A DNA stretch of 64,000 nt from a virus. Positions 28,015 through 38,100 of the stretch are shown piece after piece (the first letter of the stretch is position 1; each line of letters begins with the position of its first letter). The notes beneath the pieces are model-generated. The model made no database searches and was not told the DNA's origin. It saw nothing but the letters and a program-made list of their open reading frames with translations. The DNA lies in the IMG/VR virus record IMGVR_UViG_3300042464_001105, positions 24,178 through 88,177 of that record; one strand, written 5' to 3'. Made by a program: the position numbers and the translations under genes.

Positions 28015-28724
28015 CAACCGCCCCCCGCAAAGACTGCACACTTGCCTACTGTCTCGCATCCATCGAATCCTGCGGCTGGACGCCAATAGTCTTTGCGGAG
28101 CCGGGAGCGACTGAGACGGACTATCAAACGATTCAAAACGCAACGAAGCTTGGAATTTGGCACAATTGGCTTCGTTCCTGCCGCTGGTGTCTTGAGCACT
28201 CGAGCACTGACTACATCATGACCGTTCAAGATGATTCGCTATTTCATCCGGATAGTAAAACGTTCGTGGATGCAATGTCCTGGCCGTCCAACTGTGGGTT
28301 CGTATCACTCTACACACCCAAGCATTACTCGATTCAAAAGTCTGGTCAGTTGCGCCCGACCGGCATCAATCGCATTGTTACCAACAGCCTATGGGGCGCG
28401 TGCGCTCTGCTTTGGAATCGTTCCGTTCTATCGCAGGTTCTCGAAACACCCGCATGTAAATACTGGCTCGGTGCCAAGCCAAAGTCAGGTGCAAAGTCAG
28501 TCATCGAGAATCGTAGGCTCCATCCTCACTTGATCGCCAATAGCGATACCGCGATCGGCAAGGCCGTCAATCGACTTGGCCTTGCGATGTACTTTGTGGA
28601 TCCGTCACCCGTCCATCATGTGGCGAGGTATTCAACAATTTCACACGGCGACAACACTGGTCGTCGCAATTGTTATCGATGCGCTGACTTTGAAAAACCA
28701 CTTTGGGATCAGGTCTACCAGTGA
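28011..28724 (+). CDS. Glycosyltransferase-like protein (GT-A fold); start uncertain
   Basis: VTTAPR...LGIWHNW...YIMTVQDD (DxD-like), WGACAL, D..IG, PSPVHH. Confidence 0.6.
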   Translation: MTTAPRKDCTLAYCLASIESCGWTPIVFAEPGATETDYQTIQNATKLGIWHNWLRSCRWCLEHSSTDYIMTVQDDSLFHPDSKTFVDAMSWPSNCGFVSLYTPKHYSIQKSGQLRPTGINRIVTNSLWGACALLWNRSVLSQVLETPACKYWLGAKPKSGAKSVIENRRLHPHLIANSDTAIGKAVNRLGLAMYFVDPSPVHHVARYSTISHGDNTGRRNCYRCADFEKPLWDQVYQ

Positions 28725-29383
28725 AATTCATCACTTCCCTCAGTCGTCACCGCATCGAGCGCCAACAGTATTGCCTCAAGACTTGGCAACAGTACGGCGA
28801 GATAACAGCCGTACAATCAGCCGCTGACATTGAAGAGCTGACACCCCATTTTCCAGATGTCCATTTCATTGAGACTGATAAAACTGGTAACGAGATCTAT
28901 CGTCTACCCAACCGCGTACGCATCAAAGCGATGATTGACCAAGGCCCTGGCCTATTGATCAACAGTGACATCAAGATAGACTCCAGTCACGAGAACTTCC
29001 AAGCAGACTGGGAAACGGAAAGAGGGCAATTTAACGTTGGCATTCGTTACGACTTCGACGGACCTGGACAGCCAAAGATGATGAACCTATATGGAATCGA
29101 TGCGTTCCTGATCACAGAGGAGGTGATGGACCTGATTCCCGATGTGGGGTTTGTAATCGGAGTATCCGTCTGGGACTATTGGATAGTATGGCACATGATG
29201 ACGGAGCGATTTCGAATCAAGGCGAAGACAAGGCCTGGCCTACTACACTTGCGTCACCCTCAGAACTGGGGCGAGCGGGACACCGAAATAGGCCTCTCGA
29301 TCATGCGATCCGTGTACGGTCTCAACGAGCCCAAGAAGATCCTGGACTCTGTTATTCCAATTGCAACCAATCGAAAGCGTTAG
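28721..29383 (+). CDS. Glycosyltransferase-like protein
   Basis: GTGA overlap; LLINSDI, GIDAF, F.IG...WDYW, LLHLRH. Confidence 0.55.
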   Translation: MKFITSLSRHRIERQQYCLKTWQQYGEITAVQSAADIEELTPHFPDVHFIETDKTGNEIYRLPNRVRIKAMIDQGPGLLINSDIKIDSSHENFQADWETERGQFNVGIRYDFDGPGQPKMMNLYGIDAFLITEEVMDLIPDVGFVIGVSVWDYWIVWHMMTERFRIKAKTRPGLLHLRHPQNWGERDTEIGLSIMRSVYGLNEPKKILDSVIPIATNRKR

Positions 29384-29539
29384 AAATGGCAATGTCTACG
29401 ATAAAGAGCGAAGGCCGGCACTGAATTTGCGTCACTTAAATCGGGAATGATGTGACCAAACGTGTCCCGAGTCCATGCCAGGATTGTAATTGGGTCTGAA
29501 TCAATGTTTTCTATCGCTCGCTCGCAGGGAATTGTCAAA

Positions 29540-30049
29540 ATGCTTACCCGCTGTTTGTTCGTATTATGTCTGATTATTTCGATTGGTTTTAGTGACAACT
29601 TTCGAGCTCAATCTGACGACAATCGAAGCAAACAACAATGGCCCATTATTCAGTGGTACTCCGGCATCGGTAGCCAAATTGGTGATCGAACCACCTTCCG
29701 TGATGCATCCGGTCGGACGCAAGGCTCGGCAACACAATCAGGCGGTAAAACCACATTCCGCGATAGTTCTGGTCGAACGGTTGGATCAGCTGATACCTCA
29801 GGAAGCCGAATAACGATCCGCGACGCCAGCGGCAGAACGATTGAGACTGCGAGTACGAACCGTGATCGTACGACATTTCGATCATCGAGTAACAGCAGCT
29901 TAGGCTCAGCAAGTCAGTCTCGCAATCAAACGACATTTCGCGATGCAAGTGGACGGTCGACTGGATCTGCGAGCAACCATAGTAATCGAACAACATTCAG
30001 AGATAGTTCTGGGCGGTCGACGGGATCAGCGAGTAATAGTCGGCGATAG
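29540..30049 (+). CDS. Exported repeat protein (TTFRDASGRT units of about 19 aa)
   Basis: Signal-like N-terminus; seven T(T/I)(F/I)R(D/S)xS repeats. Confidence 0.7.
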   Translation: MLTRCLFVLCLIISIGFSDNFRAQSDDNRSKQQWPIIQWYSGIGSQIGDRTTFRDASGRTQGSATQSGGKTTFRDSSGRTVGSADTSGSRITIRDASGRTIETASTNRDRTTFRSSSNSSLGSASQSRNQTTFRDASGRSTGSASNHSNRTTFRDSSGRSTGSASNSRR

Positions 30050-30363
30050 TTGCGATCGATCACGTTTCCAAACTCTGGCCAGTATGTTAGGCGCGAGGGA
30101 ATGTTCTCTATCTAGACAAGGGCAAGGGCAACCGCAGCGATTGCCTCTCGCCGTTTGATCCTGCTGACCCTGCGTTTGGGCCCGAAGGCTTCGTTGGTTA
30201 CTTTTCAATCCAAGGATTCATCGCCCGAGAGCAGTTTATTCTCGATTTACCCTACCGCAGTGACCTAAGTTGTCACAGGCTCAACTGATAATGAATGTGT
30301 TGGGACGCGGCAGACCAACGATTCCCGCACTGCCGCAGCAATCGAACTCAAGGAAGACTCAAA

Positions 30364-30573
30364 ATGCTAGTTCTAAGTCGCAAAGTTGGTGATAAGCTAG
30401 TTATCGACGGCAACATCACTGTCGAAGTCGTCAAGATCTCTGGCAACCGAATTTCGCTTGGCATTGTTGCTCCCTCTAATGTCAAAATCCTCCGTGGTGA
30501 GTTAACCGAGCAGCAAGCCAAGGCGCAAATTGTGGAGCTGGTTGTTGAAGATGGATTGTTGGTGGCTTGCTAG
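30364..30573 (+). CDS. csrA: Carbon storage regulator CsrA family protein
   Basis: MLVLSRKVGDKLVID.NITVEVV...GIVAP..VKILRGEL. Confidence 0.92.
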   Translation: MLVLSRKVGDKLVIDGNITVEVVKISGNRISLGIVAPSNVKILRGELTEQQAKAQIVELVVEDGLLVAC

Positions 30574-30597
30574 ACTCATAAGTAGTTTGTGTCGAGG

Positions 30598-30783
30598 CTA
30601 TCCACGACCACCTTCGCAGCAAGTCTCGCAAATCCTGTGACACTTGGAGCATTGCAGCTTCGCGCGGATGTCAATCAGCGATCCGCCGCACACAGGGCAA
30701 GCGGGCTGGCATTGTTTCTCTGATTGCGCCACTTTCACGACTGGATTGGTTTGGCCAGCGTTATTCTGGTTCTCGACTTTCAT
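30598..30783 (-). CDS. Small Cys-rich (Zn-finger-like) protein
   Basis: CPVCGG...CSKC...CETCCEG; AAGG SD. Confidence 0.6.
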   Translation of the reverse strand: MKVENQNNAGQTNPVVKVAQSEKQCQPACPVCGGSLIDIRAKLQCSKCHRICETCCEGGRG

Positions 30784-30789
30784 ATGCTT

Positions 30790-31075
30790 CGTTTTCTACC
30801 TTACTGTATTGACCTGCCCTAGAACAAAAGAGCCGTACATCGGATCAGCGACTGGGGCCGATGGATTCCATGGAAGATGGCTCCAATATTTCGCGAACCA
30901 TCACGGTGGTAACAAGGGATTGAAATCACGCGAGCCAAGTGACTACCAGGTCTCAATACTTGAGATTGCGGGGTCAGCTCAAACGCACGATGAAATCTTG
31001 GCAATGGAAGGGCGATGGTAACGAAAGCTCCAGAGTCGAGAAATGGGACTTAATCGGAACCTTGCTAAGAAGTAG
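30790..31075 (+). pseudogene. GIY-YIG nuclease remnant
   Basis: YIGSATG..G..GRW..Y...HGGN..L; no N-terminus; in-frame TAA 31019-31021 followed by the family-like tail RKLQSREMGLNRN. Confidence 0.7.
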
Positions 31076-31194
31076 ACTAAGTGAAATAAATATGATGCTG
31101 ATGAATCCTTGCTATCTCAATTGAAGGACATTCGTACCTTGATTGGCAAAACATCTGTAGATTACCCGGCTTTCGGCAGTGCGGACTGAATGAC

Positions 31195-33375
31195 CTACTC
31201 GTCATCATCGTCTTCATCGCCCTCGTCTTCATCCGTTTCAGCTGCTATGGACTCGAGGTATTCAACACGAACATCCCGAAGTGATTTCTTGCCCTGCTTT
31301 TCTACTAGAAAGAACCACCAGCCATTCGTGGCAACACCTGTGAGTGCTTTTGCTGCTTCAGAAGCAGTTGCACAAACGGTCCCGTCAATATCGACTCGTC
31401 CGTCCCCAAGCAAGGTGGCTGCTTTCTGCGAGAACTTCTTTTGCCTTGGAATCAGTGTCATGCCAACTTGAAGGCAGCCTGCGCTTAACAACACACTTAG
31501 ATCGACGCGATATCGTGGCCTTGTTTTTTCTGCAGTGAATGCCGATTTGTGACCATCCGGAGTGGGCCAGATTTCTACGATTAGTTTCGCCAGAGAGTCC
31601 GAACGACTTCGGATTTTTGAGTCGTTCCAATCGGCCTCTGCAAACTCTAGGAGTTTACGATTTAGCATAAGGACATCATGTGCCTTTAATCCCTGCATTT
31701 TTCCGCTAACTCCGCCCCACGGACCGTTCGAAACTTTTGAATTGAGTCGTGAAGTGAGTAAAGTCAAATTGCCAATCGTGTGAATTAGTGCATCGCGTTC
31801 GCCTTCGGAGCGTGAGCCTTCAGGTAACGACCAATGAACTTGCCATTTTCGAGGCATTACATGCTCAATTGCGTATTTTCCGCGAAACACGCGCTCGAAG
31901 TTGAAACTAACCTGCGTACCGCACCAGCCTCGAAGATGGTCTTCGATTGCTTCGATCACCATTCGAAGTCGACCGCGCCCCAGTCGTCGATACGCTGGCA
32001 GGACTCTCAGCTCCTCTCGTACTTCGTTGTCATCTGGCCAGTAGCGGCTTTCACTCGTTTGGCCCGCGAAAAAGGTTTCAATCGCGTCACCAACTTTGGT
32101 TCGATCTTGATTTGACAAATGCCGAATCAGTTCCGCAACAATCTGGCTGTAGCTCTTGGTTGTAGCTCTGACGAGCATTCGCCTAACCATCCAGCTCTCA
32201 ATCACACTCAAAGCCTTTAAAAGTTGCTCTTTCGGGATGGTTGATTTCTCTGGATCCAAAAGATTGAGGACCAAAGGCTTGATGACTTCGCTTTCCAACA
32301 CACTTGATCGGTACGAAAAAAGCCCTAATCGGTCAATCATGCCGGTGGGTTGCAATCCATCGAGAATAAACACTCGATATATCGTTGCGGATCGACTGAT
32401 CTGCTTTAGAAGCTGCTGCATCGGCAGCCCTGATTCAATTGCGTAACGTTTAAACCGAGTGAATACTTCGCGAGCGACAACCTCCTCTCCAGTTTGTGCG
32501 ATCAACCAATGATTGAGATAAATGGATGATCGCGGATAACGCATTCGACCAACATTGACTTCAGCTTCCCAAAATGCCGACTCAAAATCTTTCCAGTTTT
32601 GAACATAAGCTGTCTCCACATCCGCACCAGAATCCAGCAACCGTTGAAAGACAAAGTTTTTTATCAAGTCGGCAGCGGTCAACTGTGCTCCGCGTGCATT
32701 TAGAGTCTCGAATATCTCTTGTGCATTCTCGTCGACGCCCAAATCGATAACTACCATCTGCAATAGATCGCGGATAACGGTTTCGATTGCCATAGAGCGT
32801 GCTGTAATCGACTCCAAACCATCAGCCTTCAGCCATTGTCGTGCCTGTTCCGCGAAATAACGATGTGCTTGCACCATCCGCTCCTCGCCAAACCCGACAG
32901 AATCGTAGTCGACAGGTTCCGTGGCCGACATCACAGCGTTGAAAGCGGGGCGATCTCGATTGGTTGGCCAAACCTTGAATCGATCCTCCGGCTGTGAACA
33001 AAAGGGAGCTGCATTCACGACAAGCGTTTCAAGTCGCATCGCTGGAGCTGTGGCACCAACCGCAATGAGTTCAGCGTGCAAAGCATCAAACAATAGCTGC
33101 AGCGTCGTCAGTCGCTGTTGCCCATCGATGATCGTACGTTCCTGCATCGTGCCGACAGAGTTTTGCACCTGTTGCAGTACAACCGCGCCGATAAAGTGCG
33201 GCTGATGCGTGGACGTTGGTGCCTTCAAAACACGCTCTGTTAAGCGAATCACATCATTCCAAAGGGGCTCCCACTGATTCTCTTCGCTCCACACGTAAGG
33301 ACGCTGAAATAGAGGTACTGTCAAGCGTTGTGGGTGCATGAAAACCGTTTGAGGCGTACGAACTTGGGTTTCCAA
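31195..33375 (-). CDS. gmrSD: GmrSD-type (DUF262 + DUF1524 HNH) type IV restriction endonuclease with a RAMA-like C-terminal domain
   Basis: VPLFQRPYVW, IIDGQQRLTT, IFETLNARG, IEHVMP, IGNLTLL...NS, NGWWF; true start may be the TTG at 33375 or nearby. Confidence 0.9.
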   Translation of the reverse strand: METQVRTPQTVFMHPQRLTVPLFQRPYVWSEENQWEPLWNDVIRLTERVLKAPTSTHQPHFIGAVVLQQVQNSVGTMQERTIIDGQQRLTTLQLLFDALHAELIAVGATAPAMRLETLVVNAAPFCSQPEDRFKVWPTNRDRPAFNAVMSATEPVDYDSVGFGEERMVQAHRYFAEQARQWLKADGLESITARSMAIETVIRDLLQMVVIDLGVDENAQEIFETLNARGAQLTAADLIKNFVFQRLLDSGADVETAYVQNWKDFESAFWEAEVNVGRMRYPRSSIYLNHWLIAQTGEEVVAREVFTRFKRYAIESGLPMQQLLKQISRSATIYRVFILDGLQPTGMIDRLGLFSYRSSVLESEVIKPLVLNLLDPEKSTIPKEQLLKALSVIESWMVRRMLVRATTKSYSQIVAELIRHLSNQDRTKVGDAIETFFAGQTSESRYWPDDNEVREELRVLPAYRRLGRGRLRMVIEAIEDHLRGWCGTQVSFNFERVFRGKYAIEHVMPRKWQVHWSLPEGSRSEGERDALIHTIGNLTLLTSRLNSKVSNGPWGGVSGKMQGLKAHDVLMLNRKLLEFAEADWNDSKIRSRSDSLAKLIVEIWPTPDGHKSAFTAEKTRPRYRVDLSVLLSAGCLQVGMTLIPRQKKFSQKAATLLGDGRVDIDGTVCATASEAAKALTGVATNGWWFFLVEKQGKKSLRDVRVEYLESIAAETDEDEGDEDDDDE

Positions 33376-33501
33376 AGCGTGTTAACTCCTTCAAAATTCT
33401 TGGAATTTTTGAGCCCAGAGAACGCCCCCGAAACGCAAGCCTCTGATAGTCTTTTTGTTGATTCGTTCGAAGAAACGAGCGTTTGGCGCTTGCACGACTC
33501 A

Positions 33502-33534
33502 TTGAAAAGCATACCAAACCTTGGTAAGGTTTGG
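33502..33534 (+). promoter_or_regulatory. Sigma70-like promoter overlapped by a palindromic operator
   Basis: TTGAAA (33502)-17 bp-TAAGGT (33525); CCAAACCTT-ggt-AAGGTTTGG at 33514-33534. Confidence 0.6.
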
Positions 33535-33572
33535 CTAGTTCGGGTAACCAATTAATTTACCGGGAGACTGCT

Positions 33573-33794
33573 GTGAACAAACTCAAGGACTTCTTACGAA
33601 TCACTGAGGCTGCCGTTTATCTGGGCGTGTCACCAAACACGTTACGGAACTGGGAGAACTCCGGCAAAATTATCGCTCACCGTCATCCTGTGAACGGTTA
33701 CCGGCTATTCAAACAGGAAGAGCTCGACACTCTTCTAAGTCTTGCAGAGCGTCCAAGCACGGGCGTTCAAGATTCTTATCGAAAACCGCGTTGA
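33573..33794 (+). CDS. MerR/excisionase-like HTH protein heading the BREX operon
   Basis: GGGAG SD, GTG start; ITEAAVYLGVSPNTLRNWE..G...NGYRLF. Confidence 0.85.
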   Translation: MNKLKDFLRITEAAVYLGVSPNTLRNWENSGKIIAHRHPVNGYRLFKQEELDTLLSLAERPSTGVQDSYRKPR

Positions 33795-33860
33795 TAAAAG
33801 GAACAAAAGCCGATAACGCCCCAAAAACGTCGTTTCGCCGATACTCACATGGACACGTGC

Positions 33861-34472
33861 ATGAGCAAGACCAAGTTCGCGCTTTCGTTTACCGCGGGAG
33901 GACTTCTATACAACGAATCAATCGTTGTTGCCGAAGCCCTTTTGAGGAACGATCACGACTGGAATACGACACTCATTGAGGTTGAACAAAAGAATCTACT
34001 TCAAAGCCGCACGCCTAGTACTGCGAAACGCAAACTGCATGAGATCTCCCAACGCATGAAGTGCCTAACAGCTGATCAATTGGCACTGTTGGTCAATGGA
34101 ACGCGGTTGGAACAGAAGCTCATTCTGTGGTTAGCATGCTGCCTCAAATATCCGCTTCTCGCTGAATTGGCACGCGATGTGTTACGTGCCAAGTTCCTAC
34201 AGCTCGACTACGCGATAGATGCGGTCGATGTTGCGAAGTTCATCGAATCGCAAACCTTGTGGCACGAAGAATTGGAGGAGCTAACCCCATCAACACTAAC
34301 CAAACTTCAGACAGTCATGCTTCGAATGCTCAGAGAATCCGAGTTGGTTTCGGACGACGGAATCATTTCATCTCCCTTGGTCTCCGGTCGCTTCATTCAA
34401 GTTCTCCAGCGTGACTCATCAAGCCACCTGCTTTTCTTCCCACTGGTGATTGAGAACGGACGGGTGACTTAA
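33861..34472 (+). CDS. brxA: BrxA (DUF1819)
   Basis: LSFTAGGLL, NLLQSRT.ST, STLTKL; first BREX gene. Confidence 0.88.
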   Translation: MSKTKFALSFTAGGLLYNESIVVAEALLRNDHDWNTTLIEVEQKNLLQSRTPSTAKRKLHEISQRMKCLTADQLALLVNGTRLEQKLILWLACCLKYPLLAELARDVLRAKFLQLDYAIDAVDVAKFIESQTLWHEELEELTPSTLTKLQTVMLRMLRESELVSDDGIISSPLVSGRFIQVLQRDSSSHLLFFPLVIENGRVT

Positions 34473-34473
34473 T

Positions 34474-35085
34474 ATGCCAAACGATCTACAGAAAGCTCCG
34501 ATAGCAACTCGCTTCGATCACTTGCTGAACGTGATCAGTAGCCAACGATTCTTACGCATGGAAGGGATCGGCAAGGAAGTGCCGTTCTTTGTCGTGCCAT
34601 ACTGCCCAACTGAGCATTTGGAAATCGAAGCCATTCGCGGCCAGTTGATCAACAAGCTTCGCCACAAAGGCATTCGCATCCTAGAGATCAATCTCTATGA
34701 CTTGAGTAAGGAGCTCATGGATGCCGAAGGCGACTGGCAATATTGGATTGAGAATGAGTCGACCATTTCCAAATCAGAGCTCGAAAAGGCCTTTATGAAC
34801 CTGACCGATTCGGAGACGAAACTCGCCCCAGCAATTGCTGAGAAGATTCGTGCCACCGAGTTTGACGTGCTGTTCTTGTCTGGCGTAGGCGAAGTGTTTC
34901 CGTACATCAGATCGCATACAGTCTTGAACAACTTACAGAGCGTCGCCAAGTCTCATCCTATGGTGATGTTCTTCCCTGGCGATTACTCACACTCGCTTGA
35001 GGAGGGGGCGTCGCTGGATTTATTCGGACGGCTCCATGACGACAAGTACTATCGCGCCTTCAACATCTTTGATCGCGAGACATAA
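34474..35085 (+). CDS. brxB: BrxB (DUF1788)
   Basis: GVGEVFPYIRSHTVLNNL, MFFPG.Y, YYRAFN. Confidence 0.92.
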   Translation: MPNDLQKAPIATRFDHLLNVISSQRFLRMEGIGKEVPFFVVPYCPTEHLEIEAIRGQLINKLRHKGIRILEINLYDLSKELMDAEGDWQYWIENESTISKSELEKAFMNLTDSETKLAPAIAEKIRATEFDVLFLSGVGEVFPYIRSHTVLNNLQSVAKSHPMVMFFPGDYSHSLEEGASLDLFGRLHDDKYYRAFNIFDRET

Positions 35086-35147
35086 GTCAGTGATTGCAAC
35101 TTAGTGACGACTTAAAACCAATTTCATTTAGCTTTCGACGATACACC

Positions 35148-38100
35148 ATGCAACTCCGCAAAATATTCGAATTTCCGATTGATCGGCCAATCGAGGGCGT
35201 CATCAAGGCAGATGATGATGCCAGCCTACGGACTGAAGTGGAAGAGTATGTCATCACGGATGAACTCGAACTGCGACTAGACGACTTCCTTGACGCATAC
35301 ATCAAGTACGAGAATGCAAACGGCGTCTGGATCTCGGGCTTTTTCGGCTCCGGCAAATCGCACTTACTCAAGATGGTGGCAATGCTTCTTGCGGGCCGTG
35401 ATTTTGATGGCATTAACGTTAGCGAAGTCTTTCAGCGGAAGTGCGAGAAGAAGAATAAGTTGCTGGCAGCTAAGATTGCCAAAGCTGTGGCCATCCCATC
35501 GGAAAGCATCCTATTCAACATCGACCAGAAGGCCGATGTGATCAGCAAAAAGGACGTCGATGCCTTGCTCGCTGTTTTCGTGAAGGTATTCGATGAAAAG
35601 TGCGGCTACTACGGCAAGCAAGGATACATCGCCCACTTCGAGCGACAATTGGACGAAGACGGCCTTCTCGACAAGTTCAAACAGGCGTTCGAGAAACACG
35701 CCGGCATGACTTGGGATAGTGGCCGAGAGCGAGTGATCCGTGTTGGTAGCAGTATCGACAAAGCCTACAACGAAGTAACCGGCGAATCGGTCTCGGAGGT
35801 GATCAACAAGCACCGTGATGATTACAAGCTCTCCATCGAAGACTTTGCCGAACAAGTCAAACGTTACGTTGACCGCAAAGGCAAAGACTTTCGGCTGAAC
35901 TTCTTCGTCGATGAAGTGGGGCAATACATTGCCAAGAACGACAAGCTTTTGGTCAACCTACAGACGATCGCGGAAAGTCTCGCAACCAAATGCCGTGGTC
36001 GCGCTTGGATTCTCGTCACAGCACAAGAGGAAATGACCACAGTCATCGGCGAGATGTCATCGGAACAAGGCGACGGATTCTCCAAAATCCAAGCTCGCTT
36101 CGCCAATCGCATGAAGCTCACCAGCACCAATGTGGCTGAGGTCATTCAAAAGCGACTGCTTGCCAAGACGGAGGATGGCGTCAAAGCGCTCCTCCCGGTC
36201 TATAAAACTGAGTCGGGAAATTTCCGCACGCTTTTCGACTTTTCCGAGGGGCAAAAGTACCGGAACTTCCAAGACGAAGATCACTTTTGCAATTGCTATC
36301 CATTCATCCCTTATCAATTCGAATTGTTTCAGCTAGCGATCCGTGGCCTATCGGTCCACAACGCCTTCGAAGGAAAGCACAGCAGCGTTGGTGAGCGATC
36401 GATGCTGGGAGTCTTTCAAGAAGTTGCAATCCAAATCGCAGACAGTACCATCGGCGAGCTCGCAACATTCGATCTGATGTACAAAGGCATCAGCTCGACA
36501 CTCAAGAGCCATCTCTTGTCTGTTCGCGCAGCAGAACGCAATCTCGACAATGAACTTGCCGTCCGCTTGCTTAAAGCACTGTTGCTTGTGAAGTACGTTA
36601 AGGAGTTCAAGGCATCGGTTCCCAATCTCTGCGTCCTGATGATCAGCCGATTCGATCAAGATTTGACCCAGCTCCGTAAGGACGTCGAAGAGGCACTCAG
36701 CCTACTCGAGAACCAAATCTACATTCAGCGCAACGGTGAATACTACGAATTCTTGACCGACGAAGAGAAAGATGTCGAGCAAGAGATCAAGAACACCGAA
36801 GTCGACGCAGCGGAAGTCGCCGATGAGTTGCACCAAATCATTTTCGACAAGGTGCTAAAGACGAAGAAGCTGCGGTACGATCCTAACAAGCGAGACTTCT
36901 CATTCACTCGCAAGCTCGATGATAAGATCTATGGGCGAGAGCATGAGCTTGGCGTACATGTCATCAGCCCCTTCCACGAACACTCGGGAAATCCAGAACA
37001 TGTCCGCATGACTTACATGGGGAAATCCGAGCTGACGGTATTGTTGCCACCGGACGATCGATTGATTCGCGACATCACGCTGATGAAGCAAACGGCAAAG
37101 TATGTCGGCATCAACTATGCCACAGCCAAGAAGGCCAACGTCAAGCAGATCATTGGCAATAAGAACGAGAGCAATCGCCTGCTTCAAATGCAGATCGTTG
37201 AACTCGTCAAACGCTTGATGGGCAAAGCTCAGATGTTCGTGGCTGGATCGTTGGTCGAAAGCACCAAGGAAGATCCTAACATGCGGGTCCACGATGGCTT
37301 TGAGAAGCTGGTCGAGCAAACCTACACCAACCTTCCGATGCTTCGCGGGGTGTCGTTCACGGAAGCTCAGATTGACCAGTGTCTAAATGAGTCAGCAGAC
37401 GGATTGTTTGGCAACGATGCAGCCACGATCACGGAACCAGAAACAGAGATGCTTGGTTCGATCAGTCGCAACGTGGCCAAGGGCATTCGTCCCACTATGA
37501 AGATGTTGGTTGACGATTTCGAGAAGCGACCGTTTGGTTGGCCTCTCCCTGCGATCCAGTGCGTGCTGGCCAAACTTGTGGCACGCGGTAAAGTCGAGGT
37601 TCGTTGCGATGGTGAATTGCTCGAGGATGCAGCACTTGCATCTGCCCTGAAGAATACGCAGAAACACGGCAACATGGTGCTCGAGCCGCAAATCGAGTTT
37701 GGTGCCGGGGCCGTTCGAAAGTTGAAGGAATTCTTCTCCCAGTTCTTCGACACGCCGGCCAGATCCAACGAAGCTCGGGCGCTTGCAGAAGAGACCGCAG
37801 GGGCATTCCAGAAACTTCACGGCGAACTGCAGTTGCTCGTCGCACGCAATCGCGAGTATCCGTTCCTTTCAACGCTCTCATCGCATGTCGATGACTTTGC
37901 CAAACTGACTCGTAAATCGTTCAAGCATTTCCTTGCCGAATTCGATGGCGATTCGGAGCGATTGCTCGATCTCAAAGAGCAGATCCTTGATCCGGTACGT
38001 CGTTTCATGGCTGGCCCACAAGCCTCGCTATACGCGGAAGCGAAATCGTTCATCGATCACAATGCTACGAACTTCTCCTACCTGGATGGCGATGAACATA

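Larger units (their letters stand above)
1..29383 (+). mobile_element. Prophage packaging/head/tail region, siphovirus-like; left end outside the window, right boundary approximate
   Basis: Ordered terminase-portal-protease/capsid-connector-tube-chaperone-tape measure; no sheath, integrase or att site seen. Confidence 0.88.

Noticed and set aside
29690-30045. CRISPR-like 57-bp periodicity
   Set aside because: The repeats vary at synonymous positions and encode a repeated peptide.
29384-30360. Prophage attR, integrase or tRNA target
   Set aside because: No recombinase, tRNA or identifiable direct repeat is visible; any partner site would be outside the window.
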